The notes under the pieces: generated by a model
Told to the model about the DNA's origin: nothing
Database searches by the model: none
The model's input: the letters and a program-made list of their open reading frames with translations, nothing else
In this document: positions 38,422-53,637 of the stretch, one piece after another
Layout of the letters: the number at the start of each line of letters is the position of its first letter
How positions within the stretch are numbered: position 1 is the stretch's first letter
Assembly (NCBI RefSeq): GCF_006345805.1
Contig: NC_043025.1
Span: 13,764,001 to 13,828,000, forward strand
Origin: Octopus sinensis
Lineage: Eukaryota
Reading direction: 5' to 3'
Length of the DNA: 64,000 nucleotides
Made by a program: the position numbers and the translations under genes

Positions 38422-39260
38422 CTTTTGCCATATCCTGAACGCCTTATTTCCCTGGGCATGGACACATTGAAACTCCGACGTCTGGCAGACACCTATAAAA
38501 TTATCAACCATCGTACAAAGAATAACTCTGAGCACCTCTTCAAACTCCACCCATCTAACACCCGTGGACACATTTACAAAGTAAGAAAACAGCACAGCTC
38601 CTTCTATGACTTCAGGAAACATTTTTTCACGCTGAGAGTTGCTGAAGCGTGGAACAAACTGCCGGCATCGGTTGTTAGTTGTTGGAGCACTGCATCCTTC
38701 AAGACTTCCGTGCTTCCTGAGATTCGCCAACACTACACCTGATCTTCTCCTCCCCTCGATACACATGCTAAAGCATGGAACAAACTGCCGGCATCGGTTG
38801 TTAGTTGTCGGAGCACTGCATCCTTCAAGACTTCCATGCTTTCTGAGATTCGCCAACACTACACCTGATCTTCTCCTCCCCTCCATACACACGCTGAAGC
38901 ATGGAACAAACTGCCAGCATCGGTTGTTAGTTGTCGGAGCACTGCATCCTTCAAAACTTCCGTGCTTCCTGAGATTCGCCAACACTACACCTGATTTTCT
39001 CCCCTCCATACACATGCTGAAGCATGGAACAGACTGCCAGCATCGGTTGTTAGTTGTCGGAGCACTGCATCCTTCAAGACTTCCATGCTTTCTGAGATTC
39101 GCCAACACTACACCTGATTTTCTCCCCTCCATACACACACTGAAGCATGTTCGCTTTCCAGACATTTCTACACTGCTGCATGTACTTTATATGCACTTTC
39201 TGACAAGTTGTGGTGCACCTGAGCACTGTATACAATTAATTTCATTATTATTATTATTTA
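38422..39260 (+). mobile_element. CR1 3' fragment with a 4x tandemly repeated terminal ~120 bp
   Basis: Same RT C-terminal motifs; terminal block repeated. Confidence 0.9.
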
Positions 39261-40274
39261 TGTGTATGTTCATATATATATATATAGAGAGAGAGAGACA
39301 GGCAGGTAGATATGTGCAAAGGAAGATAGATAGATAATACAGACACACAGACAGACAGATAGTAGAGAGAAGGATAACAAGACAGATAAATAGATAGAAT
39401 TCTTTGGGGTGGTGCCCCAGCATGGCCACAGTCTGATGATTGAAACAAGTAAGAAGATATAAAGAAAAGAAATTGCGAAAAACAAAAACAAAAAAACTGA
39501 ACCAAAATCTTTTTGATTGATTTATTGATTTCAAAGATCAGCCCTCTTGGAGTCGTACAGGTAGACATGCAAGATTTATTCTTTGAAATTGGTAAAACAA
39601 AAGACTAAAAAAGAAACGGTAAACAGTAAACAAAATTCTGCTGACAAAAAATATGGTAAAAACGGCAGCCACCATTTTGAACCGAGGTTTTCTTGGTCCA
39701 TAAGTGACCTTCACCCAGGGCCAGCATTTCTTTAAAGAAGAAATTAATTTAGAGTAAAAAAATTGGAAAAGACAAAGGTAACAAAATAAAACAAAGAAAT
39801 TAAACAGAAAAATAATTGAAAGAAAAAAAATAAACAAATATAAGATGGCAAAAAAAAAAAAATTTTGGAAAAAAAGTGAGAAAATAGAAATTCCTACTTT
39901 TAAATCAAACGGAAGCTATTTTAAGGATTGTCCCATGTCTCGTGGGCACATACACACACCGAGCTTCACTATTGCTACAAACTCTGGTTCCTGTGAGCTT
40001 CTATACGTTGTAACTAGATTATGTTACTCTTTGAATGGTACTATTGAACACCATGCTATCAATAAGTACTTTATATATATATATGAATATATATGTGTTG
40101 TTCATGTATTCGAAAACGAAGCACACACTAAAAGCATTGGGGTCGTATGGATGATGAATCGGACTTTCTTCCTCCGGTTGTGGAGAGGTTACGTGCCTTC
40201 AGCCATTTGAGTCTGACAAGTCACCTACACTGCTTAGCACTTTATAGGTGCAAAACCAGAGCTTTTAACTTCCT

Positions 40275-41335
<1,061 letters not shown>

Positions 41336-41745
41336 ATATTTATTTGTACGTATGTATTTTATTTTAACCCTCTTATCCTTCATTGCTTTATATATACCCA
41401 CGAGACAATATTTCTAACCTGTTTTTCTTAACCTACAAACAACAGAATCCCTAAAAAATAAGGCACACATGTTTTTGAAGGGTTCTTTTTTTTTGTTTTT
41501 TACTTATGAAAAAATTTTTTATTAACAATTTTTTGGGGTATGTTTGTTTTATTTGGTTTTTTTTTTTTAGGAAAACGGATAAGTGGGGTTTAAAAAGGGG
41601 GGTAGTTTTAGAAAAAGGAAACGTGTAGTTATTTATTTATTTATGTCAGGGGTCAGGGAAGAGATCCGGTAACAAATAATTCTGTCTTTGAGGGGGGGAA
41701 AAAATGGGGTTACATTTTTTTTTTATTTTTCTAAAGAAGAAAATC

Positions 41746-42294
41746 GAATTTTCTGAAGGGAAAAATGGGATTTTTGAGGGAGAGAGGGAATTTTCTGAAG
41801 GGAAAAATGGGATTTTTGAGGGAGAGAGGGAATATTCTGAAGGGAAAAATGGGATTTTTGAGGGAGAGAGGGAATTTTCTGAAGGGAAAAATGGGATTTT
41901 TGAGGGAGAGAGGGAATTTTCTGAAGGGAAAAATGGGATTTTTGAGGGAGAGAGGGAATTTTCTGAAGGGAAAAATGGGATTTTTGAGGGAGAGAGGGAA
42001 TATTCTGAAGGGAAAAATGGGATTTTTGAGGGAGAGAGGGAATTTTCTGAAGGGAAAAATGGGATTTTTGAGGGAGAGAGGGAATTTTCTGAAGGGAAAA
42101 ATGGGATTTTTGAGGGAGAGAGGGAATTTTCTGAAGGGAAAAATGGGATTTTTGAGGGAGAGAGGGAATTTTCTGAAGGGAAAAATGAGATTTTTGAGGG
42201 AGAGATGGAATTTTCTGTAGGGAAAAATGGGATTTTTGAGGGAGAGAGGGAATATTCTGAAGGGAAAAATGGGATTTTTGAGGGAGAGAGGGAA
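41746..42294. repeat. 42-bp minisatellite, 13 copies, four GGG tracts per unit
   Basis: Unit GAATTTTCTGAAGGGAAAAATGGGATTTTTGAGGGAGAGAGG. Confidence 0.97.
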
Positions 42295-42724
42295 AATTGA
42301 AAAAAAAAAACCCAGTGGGGGCTCTTTGGTGGGGAAACAAAAGTAGTCATGGTGGTGGTGGTAGTGGGGGAGGGGTTTATATACAAAAAGAAAAAAAGGG
42401 TAAAATTTTCTTTAGCTGCCATTAAGGGCCAGGAAGGAAACCACCAGCCTCTCAAACATGGAATATTAAATAAAAAGTATAAAAAATAAAAAACCGAAAA
42501 AAAAAAAATCAGGGAACAAAAACTGCAGTAAAAATAAACAAAAAAAATTTAGTCCCTTTGGTTGACGTTGTTGTCGCTGTTGTTGGTGTTGCAATTGTAA
42601 TTTATATGAATCACAAAGTAGTGGCAGTAGCAGAAGTAGCAGCAGGCGATTTATGTTGCTTCCTGAAATTATAGTTTTGGTATTTTCTGTTGTTTATTAA
42701 CAATGACTACTGATATCAATATTA

Positions 42725-43180
42725 TTACAATTATTATTATTATTATTATTTATTATTTATTATTATTATTATATATTATTATCATTATTATTATTATATA
42801 TTATATAGTAAGGTGGTGCTCCAGCATGACCTCACTCCAATGACTGGAACAAGTAAAAGATAAATTTTTAATGATTACTATTATTATTATTATAATAATT
42901 ATTATTATTAAATTATTATTGTAATTATTATTATTATTATTATCGTTATTATTATTGTAATTATTATTATTATTATTGTAATTATTATTATTATTATCAT
43001 CATTATTATTGTTATTATTATTATTGTAATTATTATTATTATTATCATCATTATTATTGTTATTATTATTATAATAATTATTATTATTAAATTATTATTG
43101 TAATTATTATTATTATTATTATCGTTATTATTATTGTAATTATTATTATTATTATTGTAATTATTATTATTATTATCTAT
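42725..43180. repeat. (ATT)n microsatellite
   Basis: Directly visible. Confidence 0.95.
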
Positions 43181-43369
43181 AATCCGTTGGGCATAATCTT
43201 TCACTAAATCTTGATCCTACACTAGTCCAGTGCAACAGCAAAACTCTTGAGGTTGTGTCACATAATCCTGAAAGTAAAAAACAAACATAGAAATATATAG
43301 ACACATGTCATAAATATATATATTTATATCTGTAAATTACATCATACGTACATACATACACACAGAAAC

Positions 43370-43650
43370 TGTTCACTGGGAGCTGCACAAAGCCAGATTT
43401 CACGGGAGGGCTGCAATCTGAAAATCACTAGTTTCAAAAACAAACGTTGCAAAGTGTTTAGATCGGAGTAAAAACCTACAGAATTGGTCCCCAGAGCAGT
43501 GGAAGAATGTTATTTTCTTGGATGAGTCATCCTTTACTTTATTTCCGACCACCGGCCGAGTATACGTGTGGAAACAGCCAAGAGAAGCATTTGACCCAGA
43601 CTGCCTTCTTCCAACTGTTAAACATAGAGGACGATCTAGGGACGGAGTTA
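43370..43650 (+). mobile_element. Tc1-like transposase remnant
   Basis: WKNVIFLDESSF, GRVYVW, LLPTVKH motifs. Confidence 0.88.
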
Positions 43651-43754
43651 TATCTCGGAAATCCGCCAGTTATTTGACTGTGGCCATGCTGGAGCACCGC
43701 CTTTAGTCAAACAAATCGACCCTAGGACTTATTGTTTGTAAGCCTAGTACTTAT

Positions 43755-44205
43755 TACCCGTGGACATATTTACAAAGTCAGAAAACAGCACAGCTCCTTC
43801 CATGACTTCAGGAAACATTTTTTCATGCTGAGAGTTGCTGAAGTATGGAACAAACTGCCGACATCAGTTGTTAGTCGTCGGAGCACTGCATCCTTGAAAA
43901 CTTCCATGCTTCCTGAGATTCGCCAACACTACACCTGATCTCCCCTTCATACACACGCTGAAGCATGGAACAAACTGCCGGCATCGGTTGTTAGTCGTCG
44001 GAGCACTGCATCCTTCAAGACTTCCATGCTTCCTGAGATTCGCCAACACTACACCTGATCTTCTCCCCTCCATACACACACAAGCATCTATCTGACTCAT
44101 ACATTGTTCGCTTTCCAGACATTTCTACATTACTGCATATACTCTGACAAGTTGTGGTGCACCTGAGCACTATATACAATAATTTCATTATTATTATTAT
44201 TATTA
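43755..44205 (+). mobile_element. CR1 3' fragment with duplicated terminal block
   Basis: TRGHIYKVRKQHSSFHDFRKHFF motif. Confidence 0.88.
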
Positions 44206-44391
44206 TCATGCTCTTTTGCTGAACCAACAAGTTAAAGGGACGTAAACAAACCAACATCGGTTGTCAAGCGATGGTGGGGGTGGGACAAACACACACACAC
44301 ATCCACGCATGTATATCTCAGATATGGAAGAATAAAGGGTGAAGTGGAGGAACTCCTGAACTGTATTTACCTCAAAATCTGTCTGTGCGTC

Positions 44392-44619
<228 letters not shown>

Positions 44620-45084
44620 CTATTCGCTGACCCCTAGAAAGTATGAAAACTGGCAAATATTTCCTTCAAATTTTGCTTTTGTTACATTTATTCAAAGCCC
44701 AAAGAATCCCATTCAACGTATTGCTATGATGCTCCCACTGACTACTCCTGCTCGTGATCAGAGATTTGCATATCGTCAGCCACCAAGGGACGTGGTCAAC
44801 TGGTTAAGGTCAAACAACTGACAAGCAAATCTGTGGTATTGAGCAGAATATTTGCTATAACGATATTTCTGCTTCAGCAACTCAGCAGTGAATCTGTGTG
44901 AAATGTAATGGAAAATATGTCTGGTTTAAATCATTGATGTCCGAGTGATAAAAGCAAAGTTTGAAGGGAGTAGTAGTGATTTCCTTATATTTTTGTTTTT
45001 ATTACATTTATTCAAACCCCCAAAGAATCCCTCTCGACAGATGGCTGTGATACTCCCTCACTACTCCTGCTCGTCATCAGAGAT

Positions 45085-45505
45085 GCACAACGCATACCCT
45101 CCATCAGACACCTACCATATTCTGAGCGCCTTGTTTCCCTGGGCATGGATTCACTGAAGCTCCGGCATCTGGTGATGGACTTGGTAAACACCCACAAAGT
45201 TGTCAACCACCTCACCAACAACAACACTGAACACCTTTTTGATCTCCATGTGTCTAACACACGTGGACATGCCTGCAAAGTCAGAAAACAGCACAGCTCC
45301 CATGACTTTAGGAAACATTGTTTCACGCTCAGGGTTGCTGAAGCGTGGAATAAACTGCCTGCGTCAGTTGTTGACTGCCATGACACTGCATCCTTTAAGG
45401 CCCTCATGCTTTCCAAATCCGCCGAAACTACACCTGATTATATATACACTTTAGATGAGTTGTAGTGCACCTGAGCACTGTACACAATTATTATTATTAT
45501 TATAT
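45085..45505 (+). mobile_element. CR1 3' fragment
   Basis: Near-identical to 14175-14595. Confidence 0.9.
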
Positions 45506-46023
45506 TATCAGTCACTAAGAGACATGTTCAAGTAACTGACAAGCAAATCTGTAGTATTGAGCAGAATATTTGCTATAATGGTATTTCTACTTCAGCAACT
45601 CAGCAGTGAAATGTAATGGAAAATAGGTCAGTTTTAAATCATTGATGTCCAGGTGATAAAAGCAAAGTTTGAAGGGAGTAGTAGTCATTTCCTTTGATTT
45701 CTATAAAGAAGCCAATAAGAGATGACACTTACTGACCAAAGACAAAAAAGTAATATCTGTAGTAAAAAGGAATAAGCTGTCTTTGGTTGCTATTTCTAAA
45801 TTTTCGGCATGTGGAGAAGCAACTTGTTGCATAACCCTTAATTATGTTTATATATTAGAATATATGTATATATTTTAAAATGTGGATAAGGGTCACAGAA
45901 TGCCATAATGAACCTTAAAAAGTATGGGTCTAGCATTGTTGCTCAAAAAGTATTGGAACCACCTATATGTTGTGCATTCTGTGACATCCTTTTATCACAA
46001 AAAATTTGCTTAGTTCATCGAAA

Positions 46024-46527
46024 TCTTTATATATATAAAAGTGAAGTTGTGTGTCTGTCTCCTACGATTTAGATTCCTAACTACTCCCACATTTTGCGGT
46101 GCAGTTTAACCAAAACCGGGTATCTTATAGTGGTGATTCATATCGAACCCTTCTGGGTATTAGCGCGCGTCTACGATGAGTCTACGATTCAAAAAAAAAT
46201 TTACCATCATTTTTTCCCATTTTTAATGCATTTTTTCGCTATTATATAAGGGAAATAACTCTCTAAAAATGTCTACGATGAGTCTATGATTTTAAAAATA
46301 ATTTACCATCATTTTTTTTCCATTTTAATGCATTTTTTCGCTATTATATAAGGGAAGTAACTCTCTAAAAATGTCTACGATGAGTCAACAATTTAAAAAA
46401 AATTTACCATCATTTTTACCCATTTTTAATGCATTTTTTTGCTATTATATAAGGGAAGTAACTCTCTGAAAATGCTTATATAGTTATTTCCCTTACAAAC
46501 CCGAGCAACGCCAGGCGATACTGCTAG
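46024..46527 (+). mobile_element. Non-autonomous Helitron, second subfamily with three internal ~105-bp tandem repeats
   Basis: A|TC and CTAG|T termini as in the first family; different interior. Confidence 0.85.
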
Positions 46528-46577
46528 TTAAGTTATGTAAAAAAAATCAATTAATTTATTAATTAATTAATTAATTA

Positions 46578-46757
<180 letters not shown>

Positions 46758-46959
46758 TTAATGGGAGATTAACTTCTGGATATATATTAGGGGCCATAGT
46801 AGGTGTCAGAGTAGAATCTAGGGTTTAGCTGAAGATATTTCTACATGGGACTGTTCTACATTTTATGCACAGTTTACCTTGGATTACATTATCGAATGTG
46901 TCTTACCATATTGTTGTATGTGTTGTTGCTGTTTACTACCAGATCGTCTCTGATCCATC

Positions 46960-47660
46960 GCACGTATGATCAAAGACGTTCCAGCTATGACCATCCTGTC
47001 TTTTATTCAGACACAGTGTATCTAGGACTACATTATCTAATGTGTCCTTCTTGTTGTTTAGCCCCAGGTCAGTCCTGATCCAGCAGACCTATGAAAAAAG
47101 ATGCTCCAACTGTGACCATCCTGTCTTTTATTCAGGCATAGTGTATCTAGGACTACATTATCTAATGTGTCCTTCCTTGTTGTTTAGCCCCAGGTCAGTC
47201 CTGATCCAGACAGATCTATGATCAAAGACGTTCCAGCTGTGACCATCCTGTCTTTTATTCAGGCATAGTGTATCTAGGACTACATTATCTAATGTGTCCT
47301 TCCTTGTTGTTTAGCCCCAGGTCAGTCCTGATCCAGACAGATCTATGATCAAAGACATTCCAGCTGTGACCATCCTGTCTTTTATTCAGACACAGTGTAT
47401 CTAGGACTACATTATCTATTGTGTCCTCCTTTGTTCTTGTTGTTTAGCCCCAGGTCAGTCCTGATCCAGCAGACCTATGATCAAAGGTCTTCCAGCTGTG
47501 ACCATCCTGACGTTTATTCAGACATTGTGCATCTAGGATGATATCGTCCAATGTACCCTTGTTTTTTTATCCCCAGTTCAGTCTTGGTTCACCAGAATTA
47601 TTACTTAAGACGTTCCAGCTGTGACCATCCAGTCTTTTATTCAGATATAGCGTATTTAGG
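46960..47660. repeat. ~127-bp tandem repeat, ~5 copies, in an HPD intron
   Basis: Repeated CTGTGACCATCCTGTCTTTTATTCAG...GCCCCAGGTCAGTCCTGATCCAG; related inverted sequence near 14960-15130. Confidence 0.9.
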
Positions 47661-48079
47661 ACTATATTACATTTTTACAATTTTATTTTAATCTCTCTCT
47701 CTCTCTTTCTTTCTCTCCCTCTCCTCCCCCTCTCTGTCTCTCTCACTCTTTTTCTCTCCCCTACCCTCTCACTGACTATTTCTCTTTCTCCCTCTCCTCC
47801 CCCCTCTCTCTCACTGACTATTTCTCCTTCCCACTTTTATGTATTTTCTCTCCTGACAGGGACAAACGCTCAAAATATTAGACACTTTTTCTTTACAAGG
47901 TCTGCTAAAAAAATATCACCACTGTTGCTAAGGTAACGAAGCTCACATACACAAAAGGTAGCCCCATGGTTGCGAAACAAACTTATTTACCCCCCCCACA
48001 CACACACACACAGCAATGCCAGCCACTGCCCCGGGCTCCTTTCTATAAAATAACCCCAACCTTATGGAAACACACTCAC

Positions 48080-48196
48080 CATGTCCAAATTCTCCTTCAC
48101 TTGGACTTTCGATGTCTTCAGACGTTCCCGGAGATTGATGTAGTACATATCTGGAATAGTTAGGAACTTAAGACCACGGTTGAGCAGGTTCTGTAC
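48080..48196 (-). CDS. HPD: HPD coding exon (VQNLLNRGLKFLTIPDMYYINLRERLKTSKVQVKENLDM)
   Basis: 117 nt, TTTACAG| and |GTGAGT, phase 0/0; RGxxFLxxPxxYYxxLRE motif. Confidence 0.97.
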
Positions 48197-51100
48197 CTGT
48201 AAAGAGAATCATTAGCCTTCTTTCAACTGGATTCCGGCGATACAAAAGACATGTGATACACAAGATTATTTATTTATGCGCCCTTTTTCAAGCCTAGCCA
48301 GGCTCACGGACCCGGTTTCCCAGTTTCTGTGGCGTATGTGTCCCCCCCTAGCTGGACGGGATGCCAGTCCATCACAGTGTTACTCAAGAAACAGGTAGGA
48401 AGAGTGAGAGAAAGTTGTGGCGAAAGAGTACAACAGGGGTTGCCACCACCCCCTGCCGGAGCCTCGTGGAGCTTTGGGTGTTTTCGCTCAATAAACACAC
48501 ACAACGCCCGGTCTGGGAATCGAAACCGCGATCCTCTAATCGTGAGTCCATAGCCCTAACCACTGGGCCATTGCGCCACTGATACACAAGACACACATTG
48601 TATATTCTTTTGTTCTTTTACTTGTTTCAGCGATTGGACTGTGGCCATACTGGAGCACCACCTTTAGTCGAACAAATCGATTGCAGGACTTATTCTTTGT
48701 AAGCCTAGTACTTATTCTATCGGTTCTCTTTTGCCGAACCGCTAAGTTACGGGGACATAAACACACCAACAGGCAATGGTAGGGGGACAAACAGAGACAC
48801 ACAAACCTACACACACAGTAGCCATGGCTATGTGACTGGCCTATTAAAAGTACTTGACAGTCATTGGGTGATATGCTGTGCATGCGAAGGTCTGTTGAAC
48901 CAAGTGAAATCGAAGTTGTGGCCAATGCCAGTGGTGTCTGACTAGCACCCGTGTCGGTGGTATTTAAAAAGCACCATTTGAATGTTGGGTCTCATGGAGG
49001 CAGTGACCGAGACCCTTGGCAATATACCGTGCGTCTATTAACCTGCCAAGCTAAGTGAGACTGTAGTCATGGCCAATGCCTGGGTCAGGTCAATGGCACC
49101 TGTGTCGGTGGTATGTAAAAAGCACCATTCGAGCATTGGGCCTCATGGGGGCAGTGAGAGATGACAGAGACCCTTGGTGATATACCATGCTTGTGCTGAC
49201 CTGTCAAGCCAAGTGAGATTGTAGTTGTGGCTGATGCTTGTGTCAGGTCAATGGCACTCATGCCGGTGGTACATAAAAAGCACTCACTACACTCACAGAG
49301 TGGTTGGCATTAGGAAGGGCATCCAGCTGTAGAAACCTTGCCAAATGAGACTGGAGCCTGGTGTAGCCCCATGCATCACACATGTTACACATCCCCTATT
49401 TCTTTTCCAACCACCAGAATAATTAGGGACTTACGAAACAAGGGTTTTACATTAATTTAGAATGTACGAAAGAAAGGTCAACTGCAAGCCTGAAAACAAA
49501 AATGGACACTTAGGATAGACTTACGAAAATGCTTTGGGCAGGCAAAAAGTTAAGGCAATTGTGTGGGGGGAAATTTGGGTTCTTTTGTGGGGGTTTACCA
49601 TAGTTTAGTGAGATTTTTGTAAGGTTTATCATATACCTACAGGGATTACTGGATCTGGTAGGGTTATTTTATAGGGTTACTATCTCTGACAGGGCTATTT
49701 CATGAGAGTTACTGCCGCTCATGGTCTATTTCGCTGGGGTTACTATATCTAATGGGTCTATTTTATAGGGGTTACTCTGTGTGATTGGTCAATTTTATAG
49801 GGGATTGCTGTCTCTGATGAGATTACTTTTCAGGGCTTGCAATGTTTTCAGCATTTATTCCATCAGATTGGGTCATTTTATAAGTTGCCTTGTTCTCAGG
49901 GTTCATTGCTGTATTTATGATAATTTTAGGGATTGCGTTTTTTTCAGGGCTTATTTAATTTTCCATGTCTATTGCTTGGAGTTCTTATAAGGTTATATAT
50001 AAAGTTATATAAGGTTTACTATGTCTCCAGGGTTTACTGAATTTCAAGGGGTCATATAATAGGCTTTGCCATGTATTTAGAGTCTAATATATCTAATGGG
50101 TTCATTTTATAGGGATTACTATGTATATAGGGGTCACTTTATCCAATGGCTTTGCAGCAGATCTGTATCTCAAAAGTGATCCAGCTAACACAGTATATCC
50201 GTGGCTCATAGGGTCAACATGTGAAGGGTCAAATTTTTAAGGGTCATCACTTAAATATGCTACAATCATCATCATCGTTTAACATCCGCTTTCCATGCTA
50301 GCATGGGTTGGACGGTTCAACCGGGGTCTGGGAAGCCAGGGGCTGCACCAGGCTCCAGTCTGATCTGGCAGTGTTTCTACAGCTCGATGCCCTTCCTAAC
50401 GCCAACCACTCCGCGAGTGTAGTGGGTGCTTTTTACGTGCCACCGGCACAGGTGCCATGGGAGTCTGGCATCGGCCATGATCGGTTGGTGCTTTTAACGT
50501 GCCACCGGCACGGAAGCCAGCCAAGGCGGCGCTACAATAAAAGTAATAAACTTCTGGCCATGATAAAAACTAGGGGGTTGTATTTACACATTCCTCCTCT
50601 TCATCATCCTCATCATTTAACATCAGCCTTCTTCTGCTGGTGTGGGTTGGACAGTTTAACAAGAGCCAGCCAGTTTGACAGGAGCCTACCCCAGGCTACT
50701 GTGTCTGTTTTGGCAGGGATTTTATGGCTGGATGCCCTTCCTAACACCAACAACTCTGCAGAGTGGACCCAGTGCTTTTATACGTGGCACAAATACAGGC
50801 GTGGTCAGTTTTGGCATGGTTCTTACAGCTGGATGCCCTTCCAGATGCCAACCACTTCACAGTGTGGACTAGGTGCTTTTTATGTGGCACCAGCACCAGC
50901 AGGGTTTCCAAATAACTTGCAAAACCAGGAATTATGAACAGGGCATTTGAGAAGGGAAAGAGACAAGAAGGGAGAGAGAGGGAGAGAGAAAGAGACAGGA
51001 AGAGAGAGAGAGAGAGGGAGCGAGAAAGAGACAAGAAGAGAGAGAAAAAGAGAGAAAAAAACAGGAAGAGAGAGAGAAAAAAGAGAAAGAGACAGGGAGA

Positions 51101-51222
51101 GAAAGAGACAGAAAGAGTGAGAAAAGGAAAGAGTGAGAGGGGAGAATAAAGGGAGCAACAAAAATAATTGAAGGGGTCCTTGTACTCTTTAAAAGGAGTG
51201 GATGGGGAGGGTGAGGGAGTTA

Positions 51223-51360
<138 letters not shown>

Positions 51361-51893
51361 TTAATGCTGTATCGCCATTGGCAACGGGTTGCATATGTAA
51401 TGAGTGTGTGTGTGTGTGTGCAAGAATGAGCACGTGTGTGTGAGAGTGTGTGTGTGAGTGTGTGTATGTGAGTCAGAGTGCATGTGTATGTGTGTGAGTG
51501 GGTGTGTGAGTGGGTGGATGTGTGTGAGTGTGTGTGTGTGTGTGTGAGTATGCGTGAGTGTGTGTGAATGTGCGCATGGGTGTGCATGTGTGAATGAGGG
51601 AGTGTGTGTGTGAGTGTGTGTGTGAGTGTGTGTGTGTGTGTGTGTGCATGAGTATGTGAGAGTGTGTGTGTGTGTGTGAGTGTGTGTGTATGTAAGAGTG
51701 TGTGTGTGTGTGTGAGGGAGTGTGCGAGTGTGCATGGGTGTGTGTGTGTGTGTATGTGTGTGTGTGCATGGGTATGTGAGAGTGTGTGTGTGTGTATTTA
51801 ACGACTCCTCCCGCAATGAAGGAGGACAAAGATCTTAGTTTCCTTGATTTCGTTTCTGTCATCAAGGTGGTGCTCCAGCATGACCGCAATCTA

Positions 51894-52199
<306 letters not shown>

Positions 52200-52301
52200 T
52201 CAGCGGAAGGGACCAAAAACAGACAGAGGGACCAAAAACTCAATGGGGCCATTTCTTGTTTTACATAATACAGGGCATTAATACATGATAGCATGATGGG
52301 T

Positions 52302-53475
52302 TTAGGATTTAGGGTTTACGATTATGGTTAGGATTTAGGGTTTACGATTATGGTTAGGATTTAGGGTTTACGATTATGGCTAGGATTTAGGGTTTACGAT
52401 TATGGTTAGGATTTAGGGTTTACGATTATGGTTAGGATTTAGGGTTTACAATTATGGTTAGGATTTAGGGTTTACGATTATGGTTAGGATTTAGGGTTTA
52501 CGATTATGGTTAGGATTTAGGGTTTACGATTATGGTTAGGATTTAGGGTTTACGATTATGGTTAGGATTTAGGGTTTACGATTATGGTTAGGATTTAGGG
52601 TTTACGGTTATGGTTAGGATTTAGGTTTACGATTATGGTTAGGATTTAGGGTTTACGATTATGGTTAGGATTTAGGGTTTACGATTATGTTAGGATTTAG
52701 GGTTTACGATTATGGTTAGGATTTACGGTTTACGATTATGGTTAGGATTTAGGGTTTACGATTATGGTTAGGATTTAGGGTTTACGATTATGGTTAGGAT
52801 TTAGGGTTTACGATTATGGTTAGGATTTAGGGTTTACGATTATGGTTAGGATTTAGGGTTTACGATTATGGTTAGGATTTAGGGTTTACGATTATGGTTA
52901 GGATTTAGGGTTTACGATTATGGTTAGGATTTAGGGTTTACGATTATGGTTAGGATTTAGGGTTTACGATTATGGTTAGGATTTAGGGTTTACGATTATG
53001 GTTGGGATTTAGGGTTTACGATTATGGTTAGAATTTAGGGTTTACGATTATGGATAGAATTTAGGGCTTGGGTTAGGGTTTAAGGTTAAGGCTAGGATTC
53101 GGGTTTAAAGTTAGGGCTAGGGTTCATGGTTTAGGGTTAGGGTTAAGGGAGCATTAACTTCATTGTTTACAGTTAGTATTATAGTTAAGGTAGGGTTTTG
53201 AGCTAGGGTTAGGATTAGGGTTTAGGGTTAGAATTAGGGTTTAGCGTTAGGATTCAGGTTTAAGGTTAAAGCTAGGGTTCACAGTTTAGGGTTAGGGTTA
53301 AGGTAAGCACTAGGTTCATAGTTTACAGTTAGGATTATAGTTAAGGTAAAGTTAGGGTTAGGGTTAGAATTAGGATTTAGGGTTAGAATTGAGGGATTAG
53401 GGTTAGGATTTAGAGTTAGGGTTAGGGTGAGCCTCGGCTTTATAGTTTAGTTAGGATTAGGGTTAAGGCTAGGAT
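52302..53475 (+). repeat. Telomere-like array: 26-bp unit x ~29, then degenerate TTAGGG
   Basis: TTAGGA-TTTAGGG-TTTACGA-TTATGG. Confidence 0.95.
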
Positions 53476-53559
53476 TATGCTTCGGGTCAGATTAAGAAGA
53501 AAATTTGGTGTCAAGGTTCAAGGGTCATACTAAAGTAAATTGTAGCTAATGTTACTTAC

Positions 53560-53637
53560 CATTCGGCCACGTTTAACATGCTGTCTTGGGGTTGGTTTCC
53601 AACAATGTGGTCAATAAATTTCAGGTCTATAACTGGT
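53560..53637 (-). CDS. HPD: HPD coding exon (PVIDLKFIDHIVGNQPQDSMLNVAE-W), first Fe-ligand His
   Basis: 78 nt, GTTCCAG| and |GTAAGT, phase 2/2; DHIVGNQP motif. Confidence 0.98.

Noticed and set aside
41646-42455. 198-269-aa repetitive ORFs (EFSEGKNGIFEGER)n
   Set aside because: A 42-bp unit divisible by 3 gives open frames on both strands; no gene context
49540-50250. Degenerate TTTATAGGG-rich periodic sequence in an HPD intron
   Set aside because: Old low-complexity tandem decay; no unit or source could be defined
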